Shown here: piece by piece, positions 60,805 through 64,000 of the stretch
Layout of the letters: every line of letters starts with the position of its first letter
Position numbering within the stretch: the stretch's first letter is position 1
NCBI GenBank assembly: GCA_965649765.1
Contig: OZ287756.1
Span: forward strand, 558,001 to 622,000
DNA from: Bispira polyomma
Lineage: Eukaryota
DNA: 64,000 nucleotides
Reading direction: 5' to 3'
Notes under the pieces: generated by a model
What the model saw: only the letters and a program-made list of their open reading frames with translations
The model's database searches: none
Told to the model about the DNA's origin: nothing
Made by a program: the position numbers and the translations under genes

Positions 60805-63094
60805 TACACCATACTACATGTCCCAACATTTGGGATAATTTTTTATAATTATCCGGTGTGTTCATCCAGTGGGATAACAGATCAGCACACGTGTTGATCT
60901 GGCCTAAAATATGAATGACTTTTAATTCCACATCGAAATAACTTGCCAACATAAAAATGTTACGTGCATATAGTGCTAAAATAGGGTCCCTGGTACGGCC
61001 TGTGGTTAGGACACTGACAACTGCCTGATTATCACATTTTATTAACACACGTTGGGCAAGCCATTGGACACCCCATACTTTGAGGGCTACTAAGATGTTC
61101 AGCATCTCAAGAGAAGCAATGTTTAAGTGTTGTAAATTTTATGGAATATCTAAAGTATAAACCTGACTCCCATAGACTCCCCCCATGCCTGTAAGACAAG
61201 CGTCCAATTCAACGACGGCTGAAATAGATTTATGGTAAAAAAAGGTTACCCCATTAAATTTGTCCAGAAATACCTGGAACCAATTAAGGTCTTTTCTAAA
61301 TTCTGTGGTAACTCTTATGTGCTTACACTGGTGATTATCCCTGAGTAGCTGAAGAATCCTGTTTAGGAAAAAACGTGCATATTTTACACACTTTGATACA
61401 TAGAGTAATGATCCAAGTAAACATTGGAGTTCCCTTTTACTACATTGTGTTTTGTTATTCCACTGAGCACATATATACTTAATATTTTGTAATTTTTCTT
61501 CAGGAATGGAGGTTGTAAATGCAACAGTGTCAATAACTATGCCAAGGCATGTAACGCGAGTATTTGGGGGGACCAATTTTTTATTGCTAAGGGTGAGACC
61601 AAGCTCGGACAGCAGCACCTGTAAATGTTCATAAGTAGCATATATTTTCTTAGGAGTTGAACAACATAAGATGTCGTCTATGTAGTTCAGCACCACGTGA
61701 CCCTCAGTCTGCATAATATACCGGATTCCATCTGAAATTCTTTGAAATATGGCGAATCCATGCTTGTACCCGAAGTCAATATCTCCAGGATCAATGGTCA
61801 CATGACGGAAAGTGCGACTCACATCAGCCTTAAATAACAGAGAACCCCTGCCGTGAAGAAGGACTTGACTAGTGATATTATCAATGGAGGGGTAAGTTAA
61901 TAAAAATTCATTATTCAAATACATGTTAGGAGTAACGCCAGAATTGACAGATTTTCCTATTGGCCAGCTTAGATCTATAATAACACGGCGTTTGTCTGAA
62001 CTGGATTTATCCCTTGTCATAAACGGGGATGTGTGGAGGTTGGAAATAGTTGGCTCTTTGAAGGGACCATATATTGCCCCAAATTTGCACTCTTCCTTTA
62101 AATAATGGTCCACATGAGTAGGAAATTTTTTAGCTGAAGTATGGTTGATGGGATCCGAATCAGGATTATATTGTTGGTTATAATCTAAAAGGAATCCAAA
62201 TTTAATCAGTAAGGGAAGTTCCCAGTCCCAGTATTCGGTTAAATATTTTGCCCAAACCTCGGCATTAAGTTGAGACTTTATTGGAATTTGTAAACCACTA
62301 TAATTAGGGCGACCATCTTCCCTAAGCTGTCTATGTAGGGTAAATATGTTTACATTGCCCCCAGTCACTGAATTGTCCACAACCTTTTGTCCCAAGTCGG
62401 TAAGTGGAATATATCCCACTTTTAAATAACTCTGAACGTCCCACAGTTTGTAGGTGTCACAATGTTTTGCTTCAGTCAGTTTTTGTCTTTTGTTAATTGT
62501 TTGGTTAAGACCCAATGCATACTTGTCCTGGGGTATTATATCACCTTCAATTGTTTTACTTTGAACAAAATGTTTACCCTCAGAGTTATTTTTGGGACTG
62601 ACACTAATTGAAACAAGTTCTTTGATTGCAGTGTCACCATGTTCACATATGGTGGAAGTCCCATCAATGGGACTCTGTTTGTCTAAGTCGTTATAGTCTT
62701 CAGTGTCGGTGGACAAGGTGTCAAACCTGTTTTGAAGTGAGAAGTGGGAACCCCCCCCCCCCCAGTTTTCTTTGTTAACCCATAACACGTTATTAGTGCC
62801 CACACAACGGTGGGAACTCGCCTTTACCACACTTGTCACAAGTTGTTTACCCCTTTTAACACTCGAGGTAGAAACCCCATTGTTTTGATGGTAATTAGGT
62901 TTTGTGGTGACACGACAATCCGTTTTTATTCTCTTATATGCACGTTCATCTGCACACTCACCAATGTTCACACCCTTGGCGCGAAGATTGTTTACTCGGG
63001 CCTTATTGATAACTGGTGGCACAGGCACACAAATTTTCACAACTAGTTTGACCCTGACACAGCGCGTCTTTATAAGACACATTATTCTTGACAT
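60764..63094 (-). pseudogene. Reverse transcriptase / RNase H of the DIRS/Ngaro element with one nonsense codon
   Basis: SPFMTRDK, RRVIIDLS, KAD, YIDD, LGIVID, then RNase H ELDAC...IP*NLQHLNIASLEMLNI...CDNQAVV...N.CADLLS; the two listed ORFs (61139..63094 and 60764..61105) are one frame split by TAA at 61139..61141. Confidence 0.9.
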
Positions 63095-63217
63095 ATTTAT
63101 TTACCCTTAAACATTTGGTTATATAATTCCTATCAAATAAGTAGTACTCCCTGAACTTAGTATTGTATACAACACGTTCATTAGAATACACAGTCTCTTG
63201 ATTACATGTAAATTTAT

Positions 63218-64000
63218 TCACTGCTTCTCTGCAGTGACTACCCCGTTTTTTGAAGCAGTTTTCCGACATAATTTTGTTTGGTAAGCGCCCTCACAATTTT
63301 CACATGAGTGTTGAAAGTACTGCCCAGCAGTCCTATGACTCCTGGAAAAATTTCTTTTGGAATGTGCTTGATTTGCTTTGACTAGAACCTGAACTCGTGG
63401 GAGGAATATGATGCTGAGCATGGGCTCGCCGGATCCTGTCTACCTTTTCTACATCTGTCCATTTAAGTTTATCTAACTCCATATTTGTGAGAATAACAGC
63501 ATGACACGCTTTTGCCGCTTCCCATGAGAAATCATGGGCATCATCCATCAAATTTCCTAAATAATCTAGCATGGCATCCCTAATTTCTGGAGCTCTCTGC
63601 TGTTGAATACAATGGGTAAATCCCCCAACAAATTCGATCAGAGACAAGTCGTCAAATGAAGGTCGAACTTTCTTGGTACCCGAAAGCACAAAATTTTGTG
63701 GCCAATCGACATTCTTTTTAATATGTACATCGGAAGTACCCCCCTTTGAGATTTGAGTTTACCTGTCCCGGTTAACTGACCCAACTGTTGTAATTGAAGT
63801 AATCGTTGGTGTACTTGTTGTAGATCAGAGTTCGTTTTAAGGAAATCTAACGTGGAAATTACAGTATCTGAAGCTGGGGTAACACTATTCACAGTACTGG
63901 AAATATTAACTGAATCGGTCTTACGTGTCTGTGAGGCAGTGGGTGAGCACAGCGACGCCTCCGTGACTCGGACTCGTTGGTCCATACTGTCGAGCTTCTG
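63218..64000 (-). pseudogene. gag-like ORF1 of the DIRS/Ngaro element, frameshifted, 5'-truncated by the window
   Basis: Overlapping frames 63638..63985, 63333..63689 and 63218..63421; segment LMDDAHDFSWEAAKACHAVIL..ME...W...DRIRRAHAQ and a C/H-rich tail (HSCENC) directly upstream of the RT. Confidence 0.7.

Larger units (their letters stand above)
58394..64000 (-). mobile_element. Tyrosine-recombinase retrotransposon (DIRS order, Ngaro/PAT-like with split direct repeats), decayed, continues beyond the window
   Basis: Minus-strand gag-like, RT/RNase H and YR ORFs in canonical order, followed by two ~340-bp direct repeats (59388..59726 and 58394..58735) separated by ~650 bp. Confidence 0.88.

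Overview
AT-rich, intron- and repeat-rich animal genomic DNA; the SINE and LINE families look like those of a lophotrochozoan, probably a mollusc (inference). It contains four main things. (1) Thirteen + strand coding exons (12579..44694) of a discoidin domain receptor tyrosine kinase (Ddr) that splice in frame through GT-AG introns; I could not find the signal-peptide/N-terminal exon(s), which probably lie upstream. (2) A complete 4-exon, 212-aa P-loop NTPase gene of NadR/Ttd14 (AAA_28) type at 50401..55033, not obvious from the ORF track. (3) A decayed minus-strand tyrosine-recombinase retrotransposon (DIRS order, Ngaro/PAT-like split direct repeats) from 58394 past the window end. (4) A 3.2-kb TG...CA element with a 4-bp TSD (probable very long solo LTR), tRNA-derived SINEs, L2/CR1 and L1/Tx1 fragments, Harbinger-like ends and many minisatellites. 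The most striking pattern is that tandem repeats are repeatedly anchored on splice sites. Six of the 12 Ddr donors, one Ddr acceptor and at least one (probably two) NTPase donors are duplicated together with exon-end sequence into the intron. This creates arrays of decoy splice sites, almost all of which would give a frameshift or premature stop if used.
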